From Chrysomallon squamiferum (Eukaryota > Animalia > Mollusca), in the NCBI GenBank assembly GCA_012295275.1, contig CM022674.1:16244001-16308000 (forward strand): a stretch of 64,000 nucleotides of DNA. The letters are read 5' to 3'. How positions within the stretch are numbered: the stretch's first letter is position 1; every line of letters starts with the position of its first letter. A program made the translations under genes and the position numbers. Shown piece by piece: positions 16,023 through 36,706 of this stretch. The notes below the pieces were generated by a model. It was not told where the DNA came from, did no database searches, and was given only the letters and a program-made list of their open reading frames with translations.

Positions 16023-16619
16023 TATGTGTGAAAACAATAATAACAAAATTAAATTAGTTTGTAGATGTAACTGGAATTTTCGATCATATCAAACAAAGAG
16101 TATGAAATAAATAATTCACTTGGTTTAATGTTCTAACTTAATACTCTCTCTATATATATCTTTAGTCAAAAGGTGTGTACATGTACCGTTATGATTCAGT
16201 ATATGAAGATGGGTGTGTGAATAGATGATACATTAGTTGATAGATAGACCGATTATTGAAATCCTGGAAAAGAAGGAATTATTTATTTTATTTTATTTAT
16301 TTTATACAGCCCACACGATACAGACTCAAAAATATATATTACTAAAATATATGAACAATAAGACAATACAATCAACAAAATAACCGAAACATAAATAGAG
16401 GACGAAATCAAAAAACAAATAAACAGTACAACCAAACAAACACCGCCCCGAATAATAAAAAAAACACAAAAAAAAACACAAAGATGCAGCAAAAAAATAA
16501 ATAAAATCCGAATGTTTAGCTAAAACCAGACCCTGAAGCAAGACATAAAGAAACAAGAAATCAAGACGAGGCAAAAACAAAGGGAAAATATGACAGATTC
16601 TGCTCCTTCAGCAAGCGTA

Positions 16620-17667
<1,048 letters not shown>

Positions 17668-18289
17668 GTAATTTGAAAGAAATATAACAACAACAACAAC
17701 AACAATGATGCTAATGATAAGAATTATTTTTAAATAAATAAAGCAACAAAAAGTAAAATAAATGTTATTTATTGTTTATGAGTAATCAAGCCAATACAAT
17801 ATGTTAATACTAATAAAAATAATAAAATAATACTAATAAAAATAATAACAGCAAAGCATTTCAACCACTGATCTGTCTGTCTGTCTGTCCGTGTCTATGT
17901 ATATTTCTTTCTAATCGGTTTGTTTATCGATATATATCAACCTTTAGATCAGTAAAGGTACAGGTCTTTTTTGCTATCTAAGATATATCATACAAATTAT
18001 AATAACATTTGATTTAATACAGTGGTAGAAAATCACAGACATAAATCAATACTAATAGGAGAAATATATAATACAAATAAAAAAATTGTTTGTCTTTTCT
18101 TAAGCATGAATATCTTTCACAGAACTAAATTTACGAACAATCCTGTTGCCTACATGATAATGGTACGAAAAAAAAAAAAGAGGGTTTCAGTTATCAATAA
18201 TTTTGTGTGTGTGTGTGTGTCTGTGTGTGTGTGTGCATACACATATATCCTATCGCTAAGAAGAAATATAATGCAAAGGGTACTATAAG

Positions 18290-18680
18290 AAGGATTGATC
18301 CTACAGCCTCTTATTATACCATATATCAATATATCTGACACCTGTACCCATATGATTTAATTCTACGTGGTCAGTACACCACTATTATATATAATTACAC
18401 ACGACCCATTTAACGTCAGCAATATAATTAATTATACATTGCCTTATATTTTGCCTGACTGTAATATTGTTTTTGAGAAATATGCTCAGATCGTCTACGC
18501 TGTAATATAAATCTTTATTTACTCTACCGACCCATATACCAATGTAATATAATCCGTTGCATATCGTACTGACCTTTGTAACCTGTAATATATTCACTTA
18601 TATAGCCTACTGACCCAATGATCCCTGTAATATAATTATTTGTATATACTACTGACGTACACACCTGTGTAATGTAATTC
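18290..18680. repeat. Degenerate short tandem array (tactgaccc...tgtaatataat motif)
   Basis: Repeated ctgac/tgtaatata motifs. Possibly subterminal repeats of the adjacent transposon remnant. Confidence 0.4.
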
Positions 18681-19379
18681 TTTGTGTCATATTGACTCGT
18701 GAATCTGTGGGTTTTCTCCCAAAAGACTGAGGTCCCATAACGCGGAGGCATTAAACAATACAAGACAAGGTTGAGCGCATTACTAATAACCTGCCGTTTA
18801 CCTTGAATAATACAGAACGCTATTGTTCTTATATAGAAATCACTGATGCGCGATAACCCCTAGTACAATAAGCGATTATGGAATAGTCTGTTTAAATCAA
18901 TAAGCTGAACAAATCGTTAAATTACTTCATCGTTTATTTCACTGCATAGTTAAAAGTATAGTGATTCATAACATGTGTTCACTTTATTACATCTATAAAT
19001 AATTGGAGATTCATAACACTGACATAGTTAAAATTATAGTTATTCTTAACATTTATTCATTTTATTATATCTGTCGCCTTCATGGTTGTGAAGATTTCGG
19101 TAGCTCGTAACTAAATATCTCGAGGTATTAATAGTAGATGGACAACCGACTTTGCAACACTTCCAATGAAATCGGAATGAATTTCAAGTTGATGTATGCG
19201 TTTGCCATCTTGCAAGAGTTGGTATTGGTTTAACATCACTCACTCGCATAAACATTAATGTGTCTGTGCTATCCTGATACAACTGAACATTTGAACAGTT
19301 TTCATGTTAGTTGTGATCAAGAAATAAGATTAGATCAGGAAATTGTAATGTGATTATTACTGCATCGTATACCCGTGTT

Positions 19380-19780
19380 TAGTGGAACAGACCATAACCT
19401 CCCGGCCAAGGATTAGCTGTGCTTTCAGTCTCACTGATCTATGTTCTGTCTGTTTATAAACTCTCTTGATGTTGGGGCAGATCCAAAGTTTGTCTGCTTC
19501 TGTTTAGCAGGCTCTGGTGTTTCTATTCCGTTTATCAATTCTACAAATCTGTATATATTCGGATGGTGAAGTTGATTCTGGAATGAAAAATCTCCACATC
19601 ATTTTTTGTTCAGGGGCCAGTGGTTCCACAAAATCGAAGGAAATCTGGCATCATCGTGTACTCATGTAGAAAGCACATACTAATTTAATGTCTGCCTGTG
19701 GAACATCAGATCCGTTATCCATGGCTTCAAACCACACATCCTGCACTTGTAGAGTTGGCAGAAGTGGTAGTCAACAACTG
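19380..19780 (-). mobile_element. Mutator-like (MULE) transposase C-terminal remnant
   Basis: Minus-strand pieces translate to LPLLPTLQVQDVWFEAMD...FPSILWNH...KNDVEIFHSRIN...HHPNIYRFVELINGIE. This resembles the MULE motif WN..RTNN..E.FH..LN...HPNI..F.E. Frameshifted. Confidence 0.6.
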
Positions 19781-20550
19781 ATCAGTTTGAGAATTGATAC
19801 ATTGAAATGTGCGCATGAAATATGAAATAGAAAAATAACCTTTTTCTTCTTCTTCTTAAAATTTTGGTTGCACGAAACCAAACAAACTTTTCCCAGCAAC
19901 TAACTAAATATACAAGGCCATCTTAACTGCATTATAGCCCTGTAGAAAAAACAGTTCATTGGGCCGCATACCTACACACTGTCCACTTCTTATCATCAAA
20001 CTTAACTTTAATAATCTTTATTATCTTTAGTAAAACATGCCAAATATGCAGTAACAAATGTTAATATATTATATTACGTTATATAAAAGTATATTATATT
20101 ATATTATATTATATTATAGTATAGTATAGTAGAGTATAGTATAATATGATATGGTATGGTATACTATAGTATAATATAGTAAAGTATAGTATAGTATAGT
20201 ATAGGATAGTATGGTATAGTATAGGATAGTATAGTATAGTAAAGTATAGTTTAGTATAGTATAGTATATTATAGTACAGTATATAATGGTATAGTATAGC
20301 TGTATATTTATTTATTGACTGTAAGTCACAACATACTAGTGTGACCCTGGGCAAGTTTCCAGTGTTCACGTGTGTTAAGATGTCCTTGTCCTAAATAACA
20401 AAACCGTTAACAAAGTATTAATAAAAATGTACACTGCATACAGAAAAAGAAGTAAAAAGAGATTATTTAAGAAGAAAATTAAAGTAAAAAACAAAAACAA
20501 GAAATAAATAAAAATTATAATTCCTAGAGATATAAATGTGTTTCAAAATA

Positions 20551-23500
20551 TCACAGAATCGCACATAGGTATGATGAGTTAGCAGTATCTGTGGAAGTTG
20601 AATTTGGTGAAGTGTTGGAAGTATTTACTGTAGAATTTGAATTTGATGTTGTGTTGGAAGTATTTACTGTAGAACTGTATAATCTTGGTGTTGTGTTATA
20701 AGTATTGGCTGTAAAAGTAGAACTGTAAAGTCTTGGTGTTATGTTATAACTATTGGCTGTAGATGCAGAACTGTAAAATCTTGGTGTTGTTTTGGAAGTA
20801 TTGGTTGTAGAAGTAGAACTGTGAAATCTTGGTATTGTGTTGGAAATATTGGCTGTAGAAGTAGAACTGTCGAATTTTGGTGTTGTGTTGGAAGTATTGC
20901 CTGTACTGCTAACTGAACTGTGCATTTGAGAATTTCTGGTAGGAGTAATCGCTCAGCAGTTTTCTTTGTTTTAATGTTTTCAAATTTGTTTGGGTCATCT
21001 CGCTAAATATTTTTCATACTGATATTTGTCTGTTTCAAATTTATAAAATGGTTGCCCAGCCAAGTACTTCAGTTCAAGAGTATACTGCAGACTTTTCTAT
21101 AACAAAAACCATATTCTGTTTTATATAATAACATATGATATGGGTATGACATAGGTTTTATGTAAAGTAACGTCAGTTGTGTGCCATGATGTGATATTCT
21201 TTGACTATGTATGAATGTGATATGTGATACAACAGATTATTTTTATTTGATAACTATTAATATATTATAAACACAATGTTGAAGGTATTAACATGAACAT
21301 TTTAAAAACCTATTTCTTTCTTCCTTCTTACTTTTTTTAAATTGTGGTTTTATAAATTTTCATTTCTTTAAGTATTATTTATCTTTCTTCGGTATAATGT
21401 TTTTTGTCGTTTTTAAACAAAGATTAAAGTAAGACAATAAGTAAATGAATAAATAAATAAAACAAAATGAAAGATAAAATAAAATAAATAAGAATAAAAA
21501 ATAAAAAAGTAGTTCATCAACAAAATAAAATTAGTATTCACTGGCTTATAAGGCAGCCAATTTCCAGAGTCTGCCTCAAAATACCAACACCACTGTGTGA
21601 GCTGTGTGAAGTTGTCTTCTTGTGCAGTGACATACGATGCTGTTGAGAGACGCTGAACTTTGACGTCAACCACTCCCACTTCCAAACAAACTAAAGCTCT
21701 CATTAAGTGAAAATCAACAACAACTGGAATGAAGTTACTGGCAAATGCAATAGAGAAATTCTTTGAAAACTGAAAAAAAAAATGTGTGTATGTCTCTCTC
21801 TATATATACGAGTATAGATTATAGATATAGATGTAGTTACTTTTAATTAGTGGCACAAAAAAGTAATAGTACAATTGCAATACGATTAACACATAACATG
21901 TTTACATATTGTTGTGTAGTAGTAAGTAATAAAAATAGTAAAAGGGTATACTTAAAACAAGAGAGGAAATCTTCTGAGATGTCTTAATGAACTATTATTT
22001 TTCAAATTATTTTTAATACATACTTTTTCAAAAAGATAAAAAACTTAGGAAATTGGATCCAAGGAGGACTGAACGTGTGGTCAATACCTTCTGAAGGATG
22101 TACTCTGAAACAAAAGTAAAACTACATTCTGATATGTCACTGTTATTAAAACTTACACTTTTTTCCATATTCATTTATCGCTTCTGGTTGTTTCACATTA
22201 AGTTGTTCCTGCTGTGAAACTTATACTGGATGTAATTTCACTTTAACATCAAGTTGTTTATGCTGTGAAAGTTGAGCTGGATCTGCTTTCACTTTGACAT
22301 CAAGTTGTTTCTGCTGTGAAACTTGAGGTCGATTTGCTTTCACTTTTGCATGTAGTTGTTCTTGCTGTGTAATGTGTGATCGATCTCCTGTAACTTTCAG
22401 GCCAATTTTTTTCTTCTGTGCATCTTGTACTAGATAAGCTTTCCTCATCACATCAAGCTGTTTCTGCTGTTTTTGAGACGGAATAGTTTTCAGTTTGACA
22501 TCAAGTTGTTTTTGCCTTGATACCTGTTTTAGATCTACTTTTGCTTTCAAATCAAGTGGTTTCTCTTCTAAATCTTCGATTGCATCTGTTGTGACTTTCC
22601 TGTTAAATTGTTCCTGTTCTGGAAGATCATCTCGGTAATACCACCCACTCGTTTCGAAGACGTCAGTATCATCAAATGTATCAAAGTGAGATATACTTCT
22701 GAAATAAAATATAACAGTGAATCAGTGATTTCTCTTAAATCTTCACCAGTTGTGGTATTTTCATCATTAAATATAACAGTCACAATTTTTCTATTTTTTT
22801 AAATATATTTAATACTGAATTATCAAAACTTTGGTAAGTTTGTGTACTATTTGTACAATTCTAGCTGCCAAGCATTCTACCTCTTTCTTGTACATGTTTA
22901 AATCCCTGAAAATAGCATTATAAATATGAAATAGACAATCGATATTTAAAAAATAATAAGTATAAAATAATTTTGCTACTTGCTTAAAAAAGAGAAAAAG
23001 GAAATAATAATAATAATAATATTAACAATAATTATAATAAACAAACAAAGAAACAAACTAAGTATCTAACAAATAAATAAATAAATAAATAAGTAAATAA
23101 ATTAGTAAATAAACAAAAATAAGTGAGTTAGTAAGTAAGTATATACGTAAGTAAATAAATAAATAAACATTAACCAATAAAAGCTAAGTTATAAATTTAT
23201 GTAATCTTGCAATTTCGATCATGGCCATATCAACAGATATTTTACTGAATATTTTAATATTTTTTACGATTTGTTCTTGTGCTGCTAGTGGTATTTGTAA
23301 GGACAGAGAACATCTGACGTAGTTCTGATATTAAATACAGAAGTACATACGCGTACTTACCATAAGCATAGAATTGTAGTCTTAGTTATTAAACGTTGCA
23401 GAAAACTGAATGTGTCACGATGATGTTGTTTATCGTTACATGGACTAAAACCTATTCTCCAATATCAACCTAACACGAGAGTATTTATATCTCCTTTAGC

Positions 23501-23599
23501 AATATACTATAGCGATATACTGTAGCGATATACCGTAGCGATACTGATAGCTAAGGGGTTTATGGTGCTCCGTTTTTTGTTTGCCCTTTCTTTCTTAAG

Positions 23600-23634
<35 letters not shown>

Positions 23635-23727
23635 TAATATATAATGAATAATACGTTTAATGATATATTCATTATAAACAATTTCTAATTGCCCTTAAAT
23701 ACTGAGCGATTTCTTCCGTGCCAGTGC

Positions 23728-23778
<51 letters not shown>

Positions 23779-23781
23779 GTA

Positions 23782-23874
<93 letters not shown>

Positions 23875-23905
23875 TATGCGTGTAACAGGGCAGATTTTTC
23901 TTACC
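20551..23905 (-). pseudogene. PARP12/ZAP-like gene, copy 2: internally deleted (no zinc fingers, about 7 Q/K repeats, WWE exons, no ART domain), ending in an S/T-rich tail with a CaaX box
   Basis: Exon 2 starts at 22698 (homologous to 9189) and is fused at ~22190 to the intron sequence matching 5930. Exon 3 ~22105-22020 contains a stop. Exon 4 ~21768-21541 (VKVQRLSTASYVTAQEDNFTQLTQWCWYFEADSGNWLPYKP). Exon 5 ~21096-20952 has a 1-bp deletion and runs directly into ORF 20551..20925. Confidence 0.85.
20590..20910 (-). repeat. Coding tandem repeat, 48 bp / 16 aa (NTSNTTPRFYSSTSTA), about 7 copies
   Basis: Visible in the ORF 20551..20925 translation and in DNA (gtagaactgt..aatcttggtgttgtgttggaagtattggct). 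Confidence 0.85.
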
Positions 23906-24133
23906 GTGATTTTATCGTCTGGTGAGATCAGTCAGCATAATAAATCAGAAGAACAGTTCACCTGATCTGTTACAAGTTTCTGCTTTGTTTTGTTGTCGAC
24001 GACTATTATCTGTTATTGCGACGCATTCTTCCGGAGAGTAAGGTTCCAAATCATGGCAAACGAGTCCTTTTTTCCGGTCTTGGCATTTGCGCTTGCACAC
24101 GGACACGAAATAATTGTACATCATTCGTTAGAT

Positions 24134-24164
<31 letters not shown>

Positions 24165-24658
24165 TTTGATTGTTTGTTTGTTTGTTTAATTGTTTACAGA
24201 TGATACCATATAGCAAATGAATGTACAGTTCAAAAATACACTTGGCGCATTAATTATGTCAGAAAAGTATATTACATAGATCAGTTGAAAATACTGAAAC
24301 ATCTTTGTAACTCAGTGATTTCTTTCTTTCATTTATAGCTATGGTTGTTGTTGTTGTTGTTGCTTCTGATGTTGTTATTGTTGTTGTTGTTATAATTCTG
24401 TATGAAATACTGATATAATGACCGTAAAAAAGGATAGTGAAGCAAATGACGTCTTATCAATTGAGCTAAAGTCGATCAGGTATGTAGACACACGCCATGC
24501 TATATTTGTATTCGTTATGTCTGTGGCTTATCTTTTGGTCCAGATATTAAATAACTAAAACTAGGTCCTGGCAGGAGCAAAATAATCCTGAACAAAATAA
24601 TCTGCTGTTCCGTAATAAAATAATAATGATGATGATTATCATAGTATAAATATGGACA

Positions 24659-24734
<76 letters not shown>

Positions 24735-24836
24735 TTAATAATAACAATAATAATGACAATAACAATAATAATCTTAATCATAATCATAATCAGTACTGAA
24801 AAATAATTACGATGATGGTAATAAAAGGATGGATAG

Positions 24837-24899
<63 letters not shown>

Positions 24900-26047
24900 C
24901 AACAACAACAACACAACAATGATAAAACCAATAATTAAGAAAGAAAATGATGTCTGACATTTCATTAATTTAAAATTTTTATAATGTGGTTTTATATTTG
25001 TCTTTTTCTCCTTTCTTTCATCCAATCTTGTTATTCGTTCACTGTTTATATAATTACAGTACCTGATCTGTATAGGACAGTATCGTCAATAAAATCATAA
25101 AACAAAGAAGTTTTCTGAAGTATTCTTAATACATTAATTGATTAATAATGTGTTCATTTATCAGCAATGGGGAACACCTTCAAGCAGGCGGTTTCGATAT
25201 CTGAAACTTTGTGGTTCTTTTTTTTATCAAACTACTGCGTTTAAGGGCTTCAACATCGTATAAGGGAGGTAAGTCTCACAGTCATATTTGGTGAAATAGC
25301 AAAGTTCTCGTTCTTAATGAGTTCACAATTATTAGTAGAAGAATACTGACAAATAATAATGATGATAATACAAATAATAACACCAATAATAACAAATATT
25401 AATATATATATATAAAAATATATATATATATAAATCGGGTAAATTATATTAAATTTGTCTTTAAATCTATAACACAATCACAATCGAGTTTAAATAAAAT
25501 AAATCATATCGCTTGGCTATTTTTCCTTTTATATATTCCATAACTTTGCTTTAGTTGTTTTATTTTTAAAATTATACAGCACTATACCAATTGGGAAATA
25601 TAGGCTCGATTGGAATAAACGATATAATTAAGCAATTGTGGACGAATACATATCATGAATATTTTAACTGTACAAGCAAATGTAGTGTCTATTATGTACT
25701 TACAAGTAACACAAAGTAGTTTCAGTTATTTGCATTTATTTATCTGTATTTTTATCTGTATTATTTTTTTACGAACCCTTTTTTAAAAATATAAATACTT
25801 TATGTTAAAGACCCATATTGATCATCCTACACTATCAAAAATATTAATAACCAGAATGTCCGTGTTCGGCTGAAGGGCTAGGATTTCAGTAGGTAAATAA
25901 GCCAGTTAACTCTCCATAATACTAATACTAATTGTAATACTAATACTACTAATAATAGTAGTAGTAGTAATAGTAGTAGTAGTAGTAGTAGAAGTAGTAG
26001 TAGTAATAATAATAATAATAATAATATTAATAATAATAATTATTATT

Positions 26048-26078
<31 letters not shown>

Positions 26079-26319
26079 CACAGTCACTGTTTTCTATATT
26101 TTTTGGACTCGTGTGTAACAATGGGTACATCCGGTAAGGGTGGAATTAATTTAGTTTGAAATAAAAGATGTAAAATGTAGATTTCAGATATTTAGTGTTG
26201 AAATAAAAGAAGAAAAATGTAGATTTTAGAAACAAAATTATTTTGCTATTTTCTAAAAAAAAATAAAAAAATAAAGAAATAAGAGAAAAAGAAAACAAAA
26301 TGGTGGCAAATGCTGTATT

Positions 26320-27620
26320 CCTAACCTTAACACTAATCCTTAACCTAGCTCAATTTCTAAACTTAATCCCCTGGAAATTCGCAACATGAGTTTTTTCCCT
26401 TACGCTAACTCCAATCGTGACCCCCAAATTATTTTGCACATTATAAGATCACTAATGATAATATTTTAATCATCCAAGCTCTAACCCTAACACTAACACT
26501 AACCCTAACCCCAAGCATAAACGTAGCTCAACTTCTAAACCTAATCCAACGCAGGTCCGGAACATGAATTCTTACCATTTCGCTACTTCCACGTGACTCA
26601 CACATTATGTTGCACATGATCCTAACACAAGTGATACAATTTAAACAACCCTAGGTTTAGCCCTAACCCTAACCCTTATCCAAACTCTAACCCTAACCTT
26701 AACCCTATCTCAATTTCTAAACTTAAACCTACGGAATTCCGCCACATTAATTCTTACCCTTACGCTAATTCGAATCGTGACCTCAAATTAGTTTGCACAT
26801 TATTAGATGATTAATGATACAGTTTTAATAATCCTAGCTCTAACCCTAACCCTAACCCTAACCCTAACCCTAACCTTAACCCTAGCTCAATTTCTAGACC
26901 TAAACCTACGGAGGTCCGCAACATTAATTCGTACGATACTTCCAATCGTATCCCACAAATTATCTTGCACATTGTCATAACACTAATGATACAGTTTAGA
27001 CAAAACTACCTCTAACCCTAATCCTAACCCTAACCCTAGCTTAACTATCCAAAACTAATGCTATGGAGGTTGGGGAATATTAATTCTTACCCTTACGCTA
27101 ATTCAAATCGTGAACCACAAATTATTTTTGACATTATCATTACACAAGTGATACAATTTGAATAACCCTAACCCTAACCCTACCCTTAACCGTACCTCAG
27201 TTTCAAAGCTCAATCCTACGGAGGTCCGCATCTTTTATTGTTAGCCTTACGCTACTTCCAATCGTGACCCAGAATTTATTTTTCACATTATCATAACGTT
27301 AATGATAAAACTTAAATAACCTTAGCATCCCTAACACTAACTAACTAACCCTAACCCCCTAATTTAAACGCTAGCTCAATTTCTAAAGGAATAGTACGGA
27401 GGTTCGCAACATTATTTCTTACCCTTAACGCTACTTCCAGACGTGAACCCCAAATCATTTTGTTTATTAATACTAATTTATAATAAATTTAAAAATCCTA
27501 GCTCAAACCCTAAACCCTAACCCTGACCCTGACGGTGACCCTACCGAGGTCCCAAACAATGACGTCATATTATCATAAAATAATGTTTTAACTTTTTGAA
27601 TGATTCTAGCTCTAACCTAA
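26320..27620. repeat. Second block of the (TAACCC)n-containing ~185-bp satellite
   Basis: Same monomer as 1600-2808, decaying toward 27620. Confidence 0.9.
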
Positions 27621-28272
27621 CCCTATATCACGGTGCAAACAATGACGTCCTTTACCAAATCCAGTTTTAACTTTTTGGACTTCATACGAGTAAACAATAT
27701 ATTGTGTTCTCTCAACCGCTCCGATCGACAAAGAATTCATAAAGAACTGTAGCAGGTCAAGCATGAATTGTGTATTTCTGTAATTCCTGGAATCGATGTG
27801 GACATAAAGCAAGTATGATGGACGGGGAAGTCGAAATTGACAACCAGCAGATAGGAAAAGTATGTCAGGTATTCAGGAGCTGAGCATACTAGTTTATGTT
27901 AGCTGATAGATATAGTCTGCTACACACAACCTGGTTTTGTTCAACCAAATGTAATTCAGAATGGGCGGTAACCAGAATCTATCTTTGTTTATTTGCTTAT
28001 AAAATATTGCCCAGCATTTTCTACTTTAGAAAACACCCTGATTTTTTTTTTATTTCAACTGAAGCTTCGCCAGTTCTAGAACAATCGATCCGCCTTTGAA
28101 ACGGACCGTAACAGTTAATTAAATACACTGATTAGAAAATCAGTTATATTTTTAATCTTTATTACCAATATTTTATTTCTGCTCTCTAAAGAAGTAGGCC
28201 AGATATGTATATCGGAAAAAAAGAAGTTTTAAATGTAACAAGGGAACCTTTATCACGAGAGACAAGAAGAAG

Positions 28273-31418
<3,146 letters not shown>

Positions 31419-31479
31419 TTTGATTTGACTTTTTGTTTAGTGACATTAGAACAAAATTAACAAGATATACATACTATAA

Positions 31480-31850
31480 ACCTCTAAACCTCTAAAGAAT
31501 TAACAAAATGTACATATTACTACAATTACTGTTACTTCTTACAAAAAAATTAACAAAAATGTACATACTAGCTTCCTCTAAACCTACTATACTATTACTA
31601 CAATTATTATTACTAAAAAATTAAAAAAATTAACTAGATGTACATACTAGCTATTACTTCTCTAAACCTACTATACTATTACTACTGTATTATTACTATT
31701 ACTATTACTAAAAAAATTAAAAAGATAAGATATACAAGCTAGCTACCTCTTAACTATAACAAATACTATTACTAAAACTATATTACTATAATTACTACTA
31801 CTAAAAAATTAACAAGATGTACATACTAGCTTCCTCTAAACCTACTAGAT
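31480..31850. repeat. ~65-bp minisatellite downstream of the PAN-propeller gene
   Basis: Repeats of aaaaattaacaagatgtacatactagcttcctctaaacctactatactattactac. Inverted copy at 49330-49560. Confidence 0.75.
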
Positions 31851-32532
31851 CCCACACGATATACACTTACAAATATATATTAATACAATAAAACAACAGT
31901 ACGAACAACAAAAGCAACAACATGACTCAATAACAAATAAACAGAACAACCATATAAACACACACTCCCCTCAGTAACAAAAACCCACAAAGATACAGCA
32001 ACAAAAAGAAAGATAACAAACATTTCGCCCTAAACCAATCGCTGAAGCAAGACAGAACAAATCATATTTCAAATGATCATTTCCCTGATGACTATTATAC
32101 GAATAAACAATTCTGTTCGCCTTCTATTTATTTCAGATGAATTGAAAGAATCAGTATAACTTACACAAAAATATCAATAATCACTACATTATTAATTAAA
32201 TTATCCATATTCACTGTAGCATAAAATATTTGTTCACCGAATGTGATTACAGTTCTGTTTGGCTTCTGTATGTTTCAGCTGAACCGAGAGAAGCTGCAGA
32301 AATTATTAGAAAAGGTTTTATTTAACACAGGACTGAAAACAGAAGCTTGTGTCAAACGTTTAATATATTTGAAGAGTTCAGTTTGGTAGTGACAGTGCCT
32401 TGGAAACATTAGGAGAAGAAATTACTAGTTTATTTGGCTCTGTGGAATAACGATTGAAATCTCTTCATATAAGTAGATTAATTTATTTCTGAATACAGAT
32501 ATCTGAATTTCGACATTGATACCATTTATAAA

Positions 32533-34987
<2,455 letters not shown>

Positions 34988-36636
34988 AACAGGATTGAGA
35001 ATTTGAACATCTCCTGTTATAAATTGGAACTGTAATGACAATTCGACCCTCATCTATTTTGATCTAAAACAAGATTGAGAATTTGAACATCTTCTGTTAT
35101 AAATTGAAACGGTAATACAAATTCCACCATCTTCTGTTTTGAACAAATAGTTTTAGGAACATTTGTTTGTCTTCTGACTAAAGTTATATCAGTAATAACA
35201 AAAATGACCGTCTTCTGTTTTGAACTAAAAATATAATGAAAATTTCACAATCTCGGGTTTTGGACTAAACATCTAATGAAAATTCGACAACCTTCAACTT
35301 TGAACGCAAACTGTTATGACAATTCAACCATTTTCTGTTTTGAATTAAAACTGTATTGAAAATTCCACCATCTCCTTTTCTGAACTAAAATTATAATGGA
35401 AATTCGTTCATCTTCACCTACGAACTAAAACTGTAATGAAAATTCCACCATATGCTGTTTTGACCTAAAGTTGTGACGAAAATTCGAGTATCTTCTGTTT
35501 TGAAGTAAAACTGTAAAGAAAATTCGAGTATTTTCGGATGTGAATTAAAACTGTGATGAAAATTCGAACAGCTTCTGTTTTGAACTAAAAATGTAATAAA
35601 AACTCTACAGTCGTCTTTTTTTAATTAAAACAGTTTTGTTAGTTGAAACGAGACAATAGTGCTAGCCTAAATTATTAACTTGAGTAATGAAATAAAAAAA
35701 AATAAAAAAAACCACTATTCCAATTTACAGGAATGTTTTGTTTAATCAAAATACTGAAAACAGTGCCATTCAAAAAAACACACAACAAACCCCCAAAACA
35801 GAAAGAAAATATCTGAATTGTTTATTTCTTTTAGCATTTATTTCATATATATTTATAAACTACTAATTTTGAAACAATTGCTAAATGTAAATTTATAACA
35901 CTTGTTAAATTTAGTTTTCTTTGGAAAGAGTTGTTAAATATAAATTTATGTAAGCAAATGTTGCTGAATTATTTTATTTTAATTCGTGTTCTGGATAAAG
36001 ATGCATTTATGATAATATAAAAACGAGAACTATTACTGGTATTTGAAACGTTCTCCTGATACCGGTAGATTATAAGTATCGATCCCAGCTTTATCGAGTT
36101 TGTCCTTATCACATTCGTGTTTGTTAGTGCTGACTTTATATACAAAATTATAGTATGTGTTGTACAGTATAAAATAGTTTGGAAAAGATTCCTCACTGCT
36201 AACATAAAAGTTTATTTTGTGGAGGAAACATTCCTGAAACTTCTACCAGTGTTGAATGTAGATTTGAAAAGAATTCGTGTTATCTCTGTAATAAAAGGAA
36301 AACCTGTTCATTCTTTATTTCGGTTTGTTTGTTTGTGTGGTTATTTGATTATTTGTTGAATTATTTATTTTAATTTGTGCCTGTTTTATTTATTTATTCA
36401 TTTATTTATTTCAATATATATATGTATGCGTTAACATGATTATAAATAAATAAAAATAAAACAAACAATCAAATAATAATAAAATTACTACTACTAATAC
36501 TACGAGTACGACTACGACTACGACTACGACTAGTACTACTACTACTAATAATGCTAATAATAATCATAAATACAAACACACACACACATATAAAAGGTTG
36601 ATTATAAACATATGCATGCGTGTGTTTGTCTGTGTT

Positions 36637-36704
<68 letters not shown>

Positions 36705-36706
<2 letters not shown>

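Noticed and set aside
23500-23552. Short tandem 'tagcgatatactg' repeats with partial self-complementarity
   Set aside because: Only 3-4 degenerate units; not enough to call a structured RNA or regulatory element.
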